A DNA stretch of 62,998 bases, filler included, from Octopus bimaculoides (taxonomy: Eukaryota), in assembly GCF_001194135.2 (NCBI RefSeq). It is 7 parts of 6 records of this genome, joined end to end, with 100 filler letters (N's around TTAATTAATTAA, not from the genome) between each part and the next. Parts side by side here need not be neighbours in the genome. Positions count along the whole stretch, not along the records: positions 34,442 to 39,192 come from NC_068986.1; positions 39,293 to 46,553 come from NC_068996.1; positions 46,654 to 49,419 come from NC_069009.1; positions 49,520 to 55,366 come from NC_068984.1; 3 more parts are not named here. One strand, given 5' to 3'. This document shows, one piece after another, positions 37,900 to 52,334 of the stretch. Below the pieces are notes generated by a model. The model had not been told where the DNA came from. It saw only the letters and a list, made by a program, of their open reading frames with translations, and made no database searches. Position numbers and translations under genes: made by a program. Position 1 is the stretch's first letter. The number at the start of each line of letters is the position of its first letter.

Positions 37900-38300
37900 C
37901 TCACATGTCTAGGAGCCCAATTCTGATCTATTTATGTTGTGACCTGCTCTCATTAAATAACTAAAGGCTATATGACCCAACACTAATTTTCCCATGGCCT
38001 CACGCATCTAGGGACCCAGTTCTGATCTATCTGTTGTGACCTACTGTCAATAAATAAATAAATGCTATAGGGCCCAGCACATTAATTTAATAGGGTCTCA
38101 CAAGTCTAAGGGCACAATTCTGATGTATTTATGTTGGGGGTCTGCTGTCATTAAATAATGCTATAGGGCTCAGCACACTTATTTACCCAGAGTCTTAAAA
38201 GTTTAAGGGTCCAATTTTGATCTGTTTATGTTGTGACATGCTATCAGTAAATAAATAAATGCTATAGGGCCCAGTGCACATTGATATGCCCAGGATCTAT
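37900..38300. repeat. About 98-bp tandem repeat, 4 diverged copies
   Basis: Units start at about 37900, 37999, 38097 and 38194 (CTCACA.GTCTA.GG..CCAATTCTGATCTATTTATGTTGTGACC...TAAATGCTATAGGGCCCAGCAC). Confidence 0.85.
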
Positions 38301-38864
38301 GGGTCCTTTTGGTTTTCTGAACTCTGTTGCTTTGCCCTAACACATTTTATTCACCAAATATGTAATACAATTTACTAATAAGTGCAGTTTGTATTTTTCT
38401 TGGCTAATATCTAAAAACTGTGGCCTGCATTTGTTCTTGTAGTAAAAATTTAAATATTTTAAATTAAAAACAAAAAAAAAATAGAATTTCATTTAATTTT
38501 TCTTTGCTAAATTAAAAAAAAAACGTCTTAGTTTTTAGAATCTTCAGCAGACCATGAAACTTATTACTAAGGCATTGACTCCTGAAGTTGAAAATGTGGA
38601 ATCCATATCAGCTTGCTACCAAGGTTTCCATCTTGTTATTTTTATGGTATGGATTAATGAGGTGTAACAAAGATGTTTTACTAAAATATTTCCTTGAATC
38701 ATCACCGGAATCTCTTCATCCACTGGAAAATTATTATTCACCATAAAGATCATTGAACTTATCCAATTTCTTCTGGAGTAGTATCTGTAGTCAAGTAAAT
38801 TAAATGCTGAAAATTAATCTGCTTCAAGGTGAAAAAAAATGTCTAAGGTTATCTTTTATGTGTG

Positions 38865-39192
38865 TCATCATCATCGTTTAACGTCCGCTTTCCATGCTAG
38901 CATGGGTTGGACGATTTGACTGAGGACTGGTGAAACCGGATGGCAACACCAGGCTCCAGTCTGATTTGGCAGAGTTTCTACAGCTGGATGCCCTTCCTAA
39001 CGCCAACCACTCAGAGAGTGTAGTGGGTGCTTTTACGTGTCACCCGCACGAAAACGGCCACGCTCGAAATGGTGTCTTTTATGTGCCACCCGCACAAGCC
39101 AGTCCAGGGGCACTGGCAACGATCTCGCTCGAAAATCCTACAGGGGCCAGTCAGGCGGTACTGGCAACGGCCACGCTCAAAATGGTGCATCT
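38865..39192 (-). mobile_element. SINE 3' part with RTE-type (GAT)n tail
   Basis: Minus strand GGTTGGCGTTAGGAAGGGCATCCAGCTGTAGAAACTCTGCC...GGACGTTAAACGATGATGATGA; internal repeats of GGCCACGCTC.AAATGGTG. Confidence 0.75.
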
Positions 39193-39292
39193 NNNNNNNN
39201 NNNNNNNNNNNNNNNNNNNNNNNNNNNNNNNNNNNNTTAATTAATTAANNNNNNNNNNNNNNNNNNNNNNNNNNNNNNNNNNNNNNNNNNNN
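39193..39292. other. Assembly join spacer
   Basis: 44 N + TTAATTAATTAA + 44 N. Confidence 0.95.
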
Positions 39293-39337
39293 CAGTCAGT
39301 CAGTCAGTCAGTCAGTCAGTCAGACAGACAGACAGAC

Positions 39338-39398
<61 letters not shown>

Positions 39399-39861
39399 TA
39401 TAGATAGTTTACTCTTCTGTTATAGGTAGGATCAACGAATAGGTATCCAATCCGGTGAGAGACAAATATCAGGGGTTGTAAATAATTGATTGGAACCTTT
39501 CCAATTAATCATTTTCCTAGAAATCAATTAATTTTAATTGGGATACATGCCAATCAATTATTGCAAATAACTGCAGTTAATTATCAATCAAACATAAAAA
39601 CAGCATATATTTTAGAGTGTTAGCGTCGATTTAGATAACAGCCAAAATGATGAGAAAATAAAAGGCACGTCTTATAGTTTCGAAAATCTTTATCTGAAAA
39701 CGTTCAAAGTTCAATTTTATTGATTTAGAATAAGGAACAAAAAACCTATATACTCTACATTGTACAGTAGTTGACAAACAAATAAATTGAAGGTCTTTAA
39801 TTGAAAGAGTTTCTCAAACGAGTAGCACAATTAAAACGTTCTATTATAATAAAAGTTCATA

Positions 39862-39915
39862 AACGATTGTAGATTTCTGAACGATTGTAGATTTCTGAAC
39901 GATTGTAGATTTCTG
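39862..39915. repeat. 18-bp tandem repeat x3 (AACGATTGTAGATTTCTG)
   Basis: Three exact copies. Confidence 0.95.
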
Positions 39916-40289
39916 AATCCCAGAAAGCGCGATTGACTTGCAGAAATAATTGCATTTCTAAATTCATTGGTGTTAAGTATTGCCGAAAATCATTAAAAGC
40001 GTAACCTGCTGAGCTGGGGAAAAAAAAAAAAAAAAAAAAAAACGTTCCAAGATGGACGTTGGAAACAAAAATCTAGTTTAGATATTGCTGAGGTGAAATT
40101 ATATCTTTTTTGTGATTTTTCAAACAAATTGAAGCAAAATCATTATCTTCTACAGGTATTAAGGGCCCTCGGGCAGAACTGTTTACCGGGCCCCTTAGCA
40201 TTGATATCAAAGAGCTAACATGTAGAGTGCGGGCCTCTCAGAGCAACGGGTCCTCGCGCAGTGTCCGGTTGACCGACGACTCAGTCCGC

Positions 40290-40440
40290 CCCTGCTCTGA
40301 ATGCTGTTTTTTTTTATATGATTCATAAAATTTGTCCTCTCAGTCCCTTTTTTCTGGGTCAACTTTTTTCCACACTTGCATTTCCATATTTGTTCAGTCT
40401 GTTTGGTTAAAATATTTTCTGACAATTTGCTCGTTTTCAC
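40290..40440 (-). pseudogene. BED-finger-like N-terminus of a decayed transposase (probably hAT)
   Basis: IWKCKCGKKLTQKKGTERTNFMNHIKK resembles W.C.C...G..NL..H BED zinc fingers; no second His seen. Confidence 0.5.
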
Positions 40441-41820
40441 GCGGTATTGATTAGTTCAAAATGAAAAAAATATTTCGTTACAGTTTAAAATAGAAGATAT
40501 TTCGTCACTCCACTGATGAAAGTCTGACTTAGTTAATATGTTGGAGCGGAATTCAAGATACAACCGCGTTGCAGGCGAAGTTATGACTAAATGGCTTGAA
40601 GTCAGAATGTGTGAATCACTCTCGGCAGTCAGAACCAAGAATCACTCGACAGCGATTATTTGACAACATACACAATAGCCAATTCCCAAACACGACAGAA
40701 TGTGTGAATCATTCTCAACAGTCCTAACCAAACGTCAACAATCGACAGCGGTTATTTGACGACATACACAATTCCCAAGCATAGTTGTAGAACATAAGAA
40801 AACAGAGCGGGATTTAGTTAACAAACTAGACGAGGNNNNNNNNNNNNNNNNNNNNNNNNNNNNNNNNNNNNNNNNNNNNNNNNNNNNNNNNNNNNNNNNN
40901 NNNNNNNNNNNNNNNNNNNNNNNNNNNNNNNNNNNAAGAGTACTCAAATACCAGAGGTAGAGTAATATGCTTTATTTAAAATATAACAAAAAACTGTTAC
41001 TCGGAGTTTCACGTGCTTTTAAATAAAGTATATATATATGTATATATATACGACAGGCTTCTTTCACTTTCTGTCTACCAAATCCACTCAGAAGGCTTGC
41101 CCAAGGTGTCACGCAATGGGACTGAACCCGGAACCATAAAAAAAAAGACCTCCATCCTCAACTAGCTCATTAGCATTACTGTTATACTGATCGTTGTTTC
41201 CCACGCTGTTTCTGCTATCAACGATTCTAATCTTGGCCAACTTTCTGCTCACTTTTTGATATTTCACATAGTTCTGAAATAATAGGTCATTCTAACCTAT
41301 TTCCCCGTCAGTTTTGCTAATGACGTGTTTTGATGACGTACAAGAAAAAAATTTACACTGTGGTGATAAATTACCTTCAGCCATTTTTCAGAGGACTTAA
41401 CAGATTTTATAATAGTTTGAAGGGGTCCAATTACAAGAAATACAATATAATAATGAAAAGGAAACAGAAGTTTGCAATGATTTTTTTTTCATGTTTACTT
41501 GGATAGCAAATCGTTGAGAAAAGACAAAAATTAGATTTCTATTTGTATATATATAACCACCGAATATAAAGCAAGATCGGTAAAGTTGAATCTGTAGGTA
41601 AATAACGATCAACGGTACAAAGTGAAAGAGACTACAGAATATTGCGGAAGTCTATAAAATTTTTAAAGTATGTTTTGTTTATAAAATATACTATAAAAAC
41701 AGGAATTAAACCAGTTTAAATAAACTTAGCAAGTTACATATATAAAACAATGATTTATTTGTAAATTGAGTGAATTTAGCATGTATTTTCAATGCGGTCT
41801 CTTCAATATTGCTGCGAAGG

Positions 41821-42155
41821 TAAGGCGGTGAGCTGGCTGAAACGTTAGCACGCCGGGCGAAATGCTTAGCGGTATTTCGTCTGCCGATACGTTCAGAGTT
41901 CAAATTCCGCCGAGGTCGACTTTGTCTTTCATCCTTTTGGGGATCGATAAATTAAGTACCACTTACTCACTGGGGTCGATGTAATCGACTTAATCCCTTT
42001 GTCTGTCCTTGTTTGTCCCCTCTGTGTGTAGCCCCTTGTGGGCAATAAAGAAATAAGAAACGTTAGCACACCGGGCGAAATGCTTAGTGGTATTTCGTAA
42101 AGAAATAAGAAATGTTAGCACGCCGGGCGAAATGCTTCACGGTATTTCGTCTGTC
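41821..42155 (+). mobile_element. SINE family B, full length plus two tandem partial head repeats
   Basis: Full copy to about 42058, then GAAA(C/T)GTTAGCAC.CCGGGCGAAATGCTT twice. Confidence 0.9.
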
Positions 42156-43143
42156 TGTTATTGAAAATTTATTGTTGGAGTGTGTTCGTAAAGTAAGTTT
42201 CTGTTGATTGTTATATCGTTATACCTACTGTTGGACTTGTTTAAAAATTCTATTATAGTTTTCTTTAGAAAGCTATGCAGTGAAACCTCTGTCTCGGGTA
42301 TTTATTTACGAATGATAACGTAGCGGCTAACATCTAGCCTTCGGCCGTTTGGACCCTGTTGTGTCCATCACCCTGATTGGCTCTTATTTGCGCGGCATTT
42401 GTCACCAGTTCTGTTTCGCGCCAGGGTGCATACCGACCTATCGTGGTCTTCTGTTAAGGTCACGTGAGAGAGTGTTTTCTGCTGTTTCTGGAGCCCCTTT
42501 TTTATCTATAAATAGTCTTGCTTCATTTACGCCAGTTTGTCACGACCTCAGACCTTTTCGGGTCTGGTCGTAGACCACACNNNNNNNNNNNNNNNNNNNN
42601 NNNNNNNNNNNNNNNNNNNNNNNNNNNNNNNNNNNNNNNNNNNNNNNNNNNNNNNNNNNNNNNNNNNNNNNNNNNNNNNNNNNNNNNNNNNNNNNNNNNN
42701 NNNNNNNNNNNNNNNNNNNNNNNNNNNNNTGGATTGTTTCCACCTCGAAAATAACAGCCAGAACAACCTGCGAGAATCTTCTGTATTCAAGTAACCGGTC
42801 GCAGCATCGACGCTCAACTTCACACACAACATGTGAAACCTCAGCTCTGCTATTCGGCCATGACCTCTTGTGTACAGACATTCTACCTACTGAGTAACTC
42901 TTCTATGAACTGGTACTTTCTTATCTGTGTTCAGGACTCTTATAGTCTATGTTACGACTCTTATTCCATGCTCTGTATTTCTCATTCACACACACACACA
43001 CATATTATTGTACACACAGTATTGTTTATACGACGGCCCGTCATACATATTGTGTTACTTATATTGCCGCATGCATGCACACACACACACAGTTGACTAC
43101 CCTAATAAAACTTACTCTTTATATATATACATATGTATCTAAC
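42156..43143 (+). mobile_element. Possible solo LTR
   Basis: Starts TGTTA; CCAAT (ATTGG about 42380), TATAAAT (about 42507), AATAAA (about 43104); ends ...CTAAC. No second LTR or clear TSD. Confidence 0.3.
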
Positions 43144-46100
43144 GGTTGTCTTTCTTTCTTTCCTTGCTGGCACTTGCTCGCATCTCACATGCGAGCCCTC
43201 TTATATTACATGTTTTGTGTCGACCGTGCGACACGTTAAAAGGAGCCTTCTCCCGTTCGTCGCTATCTCCTTTGGTTCGCACGGTCGTTCTCTACAGCTA
43301 CCTGTAGTTTTCCCCTGTGCGGGAAAACATTAATTGCCGGCAAGATGCCGAAAAGTGTGTCTTCGTCGGGTGAAGATTCGTCGACCGAGCGGGAAGCAAG
43401 GAAAATTGAAAGTTTAAATTTTGATAACATTACTGATGTTTCGGAAAGTGAATTAATTCCCTACATTACAAAAAATTACGGGTACCAAAATAAATATAGA
43501 AGCAAAAACCATTCAAAATGAAGAAAGAAAAAGTTTTGCGTCAGCAGCTGGTAGTGGAACGCGACAGCTGTCAACTGACAAAANNNNNNNNNNNNNNNNN
43601 NNNNNNNNNNNNNNNNNNNNNNNNNNNNNNNNNNNNNNNNNNNNNNNNNNNNNNNNNNNNNNNNNNNNNNNNNNNNNNNNNNNNNNNNNNNNNNNNNNNN
43701 NNNNNNNNNNNNNNNNNNNNNNNNNNNNNNNNNNNNNNNNNNNNNNNNNNNNNNNNNNNNNNNNNNNNNNNNNNNNNNNNNNNNNNNNNNNNNNNNNNNN
43801 NNNNNNNNNNNNNNNNNNNNNNNNNNNNNNNNNNNNNNNNNNNNNNNNNNNNNNNNNNNNNNNNNNNNNNNNNNNNNNNNNNNNNNNNNNNNNNNNNNNN
43901 NNNNNNNNNNNNNNNNNNNNNNNNNNNNNNNNNNNNNNNNNNNNNNNNNNNNNNNNNNNNNNNNNNNNNNNNNNNNNNNNNNNNNNNNNNNNNNNNNNNN
44001 NNNNNNNNNNNNNNNNNNNNNNNNNNNNNNNNNNNNNNNNNNNNNNNNNNNNNNNNNNNNNNNNNNNNNNNNNNNNNNNNNNNNNNNNNNNNNNNNNNNN
44101 NNNNNNNNNNNNNNNNNNNNNNNNNNNNNNNNNNNNNNNNNNNNNNNNNNNNNNNNNNNNNNNNNNNNNNNNNNNNNNNNNNNNNNNNNNNNNNNNNNNN
44201 NNNNNNNNNNNNNNNNNNNNNNNNNNNNNNNNNNNNNNNNNNNNNNNNNNNNNNNNNNNNNNNNNNNNNNNNNNNNNNNNNNNNNNNNNNNNNNNNNNNN
44301 NNNNNNNNNNNNNNNNNNNNNNNNNNNNNNNNNNNNNNNNNNNNNNNNNNNNNNNNNNNNNNNNNNNNNNNNNNNNNNNNNNNNNNNNNNNNNNNNNNNN
44401 NNNNNNNNNNNNNNNNNNNNNNNNNNNNNNNNNNNNNNNNNNNNNNNNNNNNNNNNNNNNNNNNNNNNNNNNNNNNNNNNNNNNNNNNNNNNNNNNNNNN
44501 NNNNNNNNNNNNNNNNNNNNNNNNNNNNNNNNNNNNNNNNNNNNNNNGGGCGGGAGACGGACAGAGGAATAGTTGAACTACACAGCAAAAACGAGGACTT
44601 AATGCGAGATATAAAAACGAAAACATCAGCCATTAGGCTAATTGAACTATCAGAAAAATATAAAAACTATGAATTTTACGAAGTGGACAAAAAAAACATA
44701 ATATCTTGTGTAACACGTATAGAAAATCGGTCTCATCATTGAGATTTGATTTTCATCAATCTATATTTGAAGGCTTTCCACCCCCGACCCTAAATCAAAA
44801 AAAGGTGGAGAGTCCCTCTCCACAGGATACCCCGATCTAAAAGGTAAGTCACGTCTATTCACATCGGTTGTATAAATGTCCGTGGCCTGAAGTCAAGTTG
44901 GAAGCAAAGGCGCTTCCTAAATGACATCAAGTCAAGAAATTTGGATGTAATTGTTGCAACTGAAACTCGGGTAAAGGGGCCAAGAGATCTGCTCCCCCTC
45001 CTGAACGACTATGAGAAATACGTTTCTCCGAGTCGGGCGGGAGGTAGGGGTGGGGTGTTGGTCCTACTAAAAAGAAACCGGGTAGCCGAGAAAAAGTTGG
45101 TTTTTTCTGACCTAGAAAGCAGGTTGGTCGTTCTCGACCTGACATTCAGCTGTGGCAAGATAATCAGGCTAGTCGCTATTTATGCACCCAACATTATGGG
45201 CCCGTAAAGTGAATATTTTCGTGACCTGGGCAAGTTTCTGGTCACGTCGCATTCGCTAGTATTATTAGGAGACTTTAACACAATTGTGTTGGCTCGAACA
45301 CGAACAGAAAATGTAACCTAGGCTTACGGGATCTGCTAAGTCACTTTCAGCTAGCAGATCCATATAGGTTGAAACACCCGAACATTCCACAGTGGACGTG
45401 GTCAAATAGTGACGGGCCTTCCAGAACATATCTAGATAGGATTTTAATTAGAGAAACAGATAAGTCCATAGCTAAGTGTCCACAGTTTTTTCTAGTCAGC
45501 TACAGTGACTACAAGATGGTTACCTGTAAACTGACAATAGATAAATTACACAGTCAGGGATCTGGCTACTGGAAACTTAATACGTCCCTTTTGGCGATTG
45601 AAGAATACAGAAAGCGGATCAAGATGTTAATACAGAGGGCATTGGCAGGTACCATCATTAATAACAAATGGTGGTACGCCCTAAAAAGAGCCATCAAATA
45701 CGAGTCTATTAGGTTTAGCATAAGTTTAGCTAAGAAGGGACGTAGAATAGGAGATGGTTTAGTTAAGGAACTAGAAGAAGCCTGGAGGACTGGTAATGCA
45801 AACCAAGCGAGAGTAAAAAGACTCGAGTTAAACCAGCATCTTGAAGCCCAACACATGGGAAGTGTTGCTAGAGCTAAGTTACGTGCGATGGGAAGTGAAG
45901 GAATCAAGGTCGCTGGATGGGCCCGAGTGGTGGAAGCTCGGCAAGGAAATAGCTCCACTATACGGTCTTTGACGAATCATAATGGCGTCTTGGTAAACGA
46001 ACCCGAGAAAATGTGTGAGGCCTTTCGGGAGTACTTCACCCAGCTGTTCGGGGGTGACGACGGTCCTGGTGGTGGGAGAGCCGGGCTGCCGTGTCTCTCG

Positions 46101-46553
46101 GGGTCAGATGCGGAGTCTTGCGAAGAGCCAATCACGCCTGTGGAGGTGATGGAGGCTTTGGCCGACTGCAAAGCGGACAGGTCGCCGGGATTTGATGGTC
46201 TTCTGTACGAGCTGTATAAATGTATGCCAGACTTGTTCGGGCATCTACTGGCTGACGTTTATGCGAACTGGCAACAGAATAGGTTTATCCCCAGATCTGT
46301 GCGCCGGGGAGTAGTGACGTTGGTCAGAAAGGGCCCGGACAAGGGTGACGTTATAGAGTATTTCAGGCCCATCACACTGTTAAACACAGAAGTGAAGATT
46401 TTGGCCAAGGTCTTAGCGAAAAGGTTGGCGCATGTCGCGAATAGTATAGTCGAGGAGGCACAGACATGTGCCATCCCAGGAAGAACCATTCAGGATACCC
46501 TCCATCTTATTCGCTATACCATAGAGAGGGTTGGTGATAAATCTGGCAAAGGT
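43144..46553 (+). mobile_element. Tx1/L1-clade LINE: 5'UTR, ORF1 (gapped), ORF2 APE endonuclease and RT N-terminus; cut at the join spacer
   Basis: ORF1 starts ATG 43345 (MPKSVSSSGED...KSFASAA after a frameshift). ORF2 motifs: GCINVRGL, ETR, AIYAPN, LGDFN, YLDRIL, GYWKLNTSLL, SPGFDGL, FRPITLLNTEVKILAKVLAKRL, IPGRTIQD. Contains a stop and frameshifts. Confidence 0.92.
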
Positions 46554-46653
46554 NNNNNNNNNNNNNNNNNNNNNNNNNNNNNNNNNNNNNNNNNNNNTTA
46601 ATTAATTAANNNNNNNNNNNNNNNNNNNNNNNNNNNNNNNNNNNNNNNNNNNN
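46554..46653. other. Assembly join spacer
   Basis: 44 N + TTAATTAATTAA + 44 N. Confidence 0.95.
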
Positions 46654-47299
46654 ATATATATAAATATATATATATAAACACATACACGTGTATTTATATA
46701 TATAACCATGAACCGTATCCAATCACACACAAAACACAGTAATCCACACTTCCGCAAACAACACTGACTCACCCACTAACACACACATTCACACGCATAC
46801 ATACTCACACACAGAGAGGAAGAACCACAGAGTATCCGTACGGCACCATCAATTGCTATCATTCGTTGCCGCCAGGAGCAACAAGCCAGAAAGCCATAAA
46901 ACCAAAATCTAACAAACAGAGGAATAAAGATTTCTTCAATCCAAACACAGAACACAAAAGCACCAAAAACATCAGTGCCCCGTCCTATCCCATTTCCCAA
47001 TCCATAATCCAAAACATCAAAATTCGTTGTTCTAACGCCATTCACTGAAACAGCCGTGCAGAACTTCAGTGCAGTATCCTCACACTTGCACCACCCTAGC
47101 ACCTCTTCAACGTTTTATGTTGGTTGTGTGAAGAATGGTATGCTTCAGTTTGTTAAATGGTTCCGTCCTGTTCTGAGGAATTGAGGAACAGAAGAATTGA
47201 GCAATTGAGTCTATGTGGCCCATTTTATACTTAGGATGAAGGATATCGGATGCATGTTGAGAGATCCTTTAGATATGTATCAATATATACTATATATAA

Positions 47300-49419
<2,120 letters not shown>

Positions 49420-49519
49420 NNNNNNNNNNNNNNNNNNNNNNNNNNNNNNNNNNNNNNNNNNNNTTAATTAATTAANNNNNNNNNNNNNNNNNNNNNNNNN
49501 NNNNNNNNNNNNNNNNNNN
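49420..49519. other. Assembly join spacer
   Basis: 44 N + TTAATTAATTAA + 44 N. Confidence 0.95.
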
Positions 49520-49747
49520 GTATTAACAGTAACTGCACGATAAAGTGAAGTATATTTGCCACTTAAATGTGGCTGACCCCGAGGGGTGGATGTTACTGTT
49601 GCATTTAGCCCCAGGAGGACATCTCCTCCAGCTGGCTATCGACACACTTCTGTGTCCTGTCTGTATTTGCCAAGGGAAGTTATATATATATACATATATA
49701 TACATATATACATACATATATATATATATATATACAAATATATACAT

Positions 49748-49792
<45 letters not shown>

Positions 49793-49920
49793 TATTATTC
49801 ATATATATACACATACATATATATATGCATACATAGATATATATATACATCCATATATATATATACATAAATATATGCATATATACATACATACACACAC
49901 ACTGTTGTGTGTGTATGTGT

Positions 49921-50154
49921 TATTTCTTTACTACCCACAAGGGGCTACACACAGAGGGGACAAACAAGGACAGACAAACGGATTAAGTCGATTATACCAA
50001 CCCCAGTGCGTAACTGGTACTTATTTGATCGACCCCGAAAGGATGAAAGGCAAAGTCGACCTCGGCGGAATTTGAACTCAGAACGTAGCGGCAGACGAAC
50101 TACCGCTAAGCATTTCGCCCGGCGTGCTAACGTTTCTGCCAGTTCGCCGCCTTA
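49921..50154 (-). mobile_element. SINE family B, full length
   Basis: Reverse complement of the 41821-42058 copy. Confidence 0.92.
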
Positions 50155-50239
50155 AGTGTATGTGTGTGTGTGTGTGCGTATGTGTGTGTGCATGTCTGTG
50201 TGAATGGGTGTGTGTATTAGATCAGCAAAAAGTACTCCA

Positions 50240-52200
50240 ACTGGTGAGAGATCAATATTATTTAATAAATACAATATATATTTTTATGAGCTACTAATAG
50301 TTTCATGCGATGAAAACAACCCAGACAGCATTTTGTATCACGTCTGGTGTCTTCACTCAACCCTCGAGCTCTTCCCGATGTAGCTCTTCTTTTTGCATAC
50401 GTTATCATCTAGCGTTGCTGTAACCTGTTTCATATATGACGGGGTTAATCATGTATCCCTTGTCGGATGGACAGGTACCTGGACCATGACAGTTTCAACA
50501 GGGAGTAGGCTCTTGGTGATGTTTGCGTGTGATGATGCTTTTCATATTGGGTCAGCAGCTATATGATAATTTGACTGAGCGCCTGTTGAATATTTTTCTG
50601 TATCTGTGATTTACGAGAAAATGTTTTTCTAAAAGAGACAGCAATCTTTTACTTATGTTGGTTTTAACATTAAGGGAAATGGTGGGGGCGAACGAAATTA
50701 TCCTCCTAGGTCTAGTTTTAGGTCTATTTTTGTTATTCGTATTATTGCTCAAGGGTTTGTAAATTAATTCATCATTAACGCCACTAGTGGCTATAGCATT
50801 GTAGTGGTAGAGGGCTGCCTTCATCAAATATTTCTTTAGAGGAAGGAAGGTTTGATATTCTGTTGCTAATGTTCCCTATCAGGATTTTAAACACTATGGG
50901 GCCGGGGTGACAAGACTGTTTGTGTATGCAGGAAAGTCTCTCGGTGAGTTAATGGTAAGCTTTAATAGAAGTATTTAGATCTAGAGAAACATGTAAACAA
51001 AAAATCGACTTTTGACAGATTAGTAGCGACTGTGATTTTAAGGCTTAATTGACTAAAGGTGGAGATGAGCTGTTTCCTAAATTTATCTAGTGTCTGACCA
51101 TCATAGCCATAGGAAATACCAAATCCATCGTCTCGATGCAGACTAACGTGTGGGTTGGGTACTTGGATCTCAATGTGTTTAACACAAAGAGACCTACAAC
51201 AACGCAGACGTCAGCACTGTCATATGATCCCATCGATACATCGAACAATTCATCAGTATCGAACTTTTTTTACCTATGCTGAGCCCCAACTAAACAGGGG
51301 TGCTTTTATCGCATGCGTGATGAAGTCTAGGTCTACAAGGTTTATATCAACATGTGATATAGCGAACTCGATCGCCTTATCAAGTAGCGATCTCGATAGA
51401 GAGGAATAAAAATCTATAATATAGAACTGAGTAAATCCACGCTTATTCTGAATGTTCTTAAGCCAATCTATTACAGTAAAACTGTTATCCCGTTGTTGTA
51501 GCCGAGTGATCTCTCTAATTACGATATTGTTTCTTAGTATATTTTTAGCTACTAAACCGATTTCAGTCCTCGCTGGGTTTAACATTCGGCAAGTGAGTTT
51601 ATTACGAAAATTAGGTTTATGGTCTTTTAGAGTGATAAAAGCTTCCCTTTTTGCTAAGTATTCTAATCTATCATCGCTACGTTTATTGGAGAATTTACCC
51701 TCGTCATTAATATCATGGTATCTATCTATGTTAGCTTTCGTATATTTAGTGGAAATTTAGCAACTTGTCATATAGATCGTTAGTAACTTCATACTGCTTG
51801 TTGGTCTTATCCGAAAACACGAACTTCCTATCAGAGCTTCTAAAGTTTCTAAAATCAGATTCCAGCTTAGTTTGGAAAGAGTTATGGTAGTCACGGAATC
51901 TGATATTGGTAACTAAATCAAGGAGGTCTGCCTCAAAGGAGCTAAAACTTTTATTCTAGGAGGATATTTGCATGCCTTTAAATTATAATGTTCCATAACA
52001 GTGGGAGAAGGTACAGTATAAAAAATAAGACTTTCCATCTCATCAGTCTGCCAAGTTTTCAACTTTTTCGAGGAGCATTCTGAGGTATAGGTCATTCGGC
52101 GGTGTAAGTATGTTCTAAGTAGAGTAATACATATAGTATAAATCCATAATAGTATGTAAATTGGTAAAATCTTCAGAATCACTCAACTAAGATATCATGA
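50240..52200 (-). mobile_element. Degenerate Penelope-like element: RT + GIY-YIG endonuclease
   Basis: KYPPRIKVLAP; LNPARTEIG...IDWLKNI...FYIIDFYSSLSRSLLDKAIEFA; IISFAPTISLNVKTNI...KHF...KIFNRRSVKLSYSC; PNMKSII...PVIY...SYIG. Many stops and frameshifts. Confidence 0.9.
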
Positions 52201-52268
52201 TAACACACACAAACACACACACATAGGAACATACACATGTATGTATATATATATACCTATATATGCAT

Positions 52269-52334
<66 letters not shown>

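Noticed and set aside
39862-39915. Short direct-repeat arrays as CRISPR
   Set aside because: No spacers, eukaryotic context and no cas genes; no CRISPR array anywhere in the window.
50240-50345. Hammerhead at the 3' end of the large PLE
   Set aside because: Only GAAAC...GUA survives; CUGANGA and stems I/II cannot be recovered.
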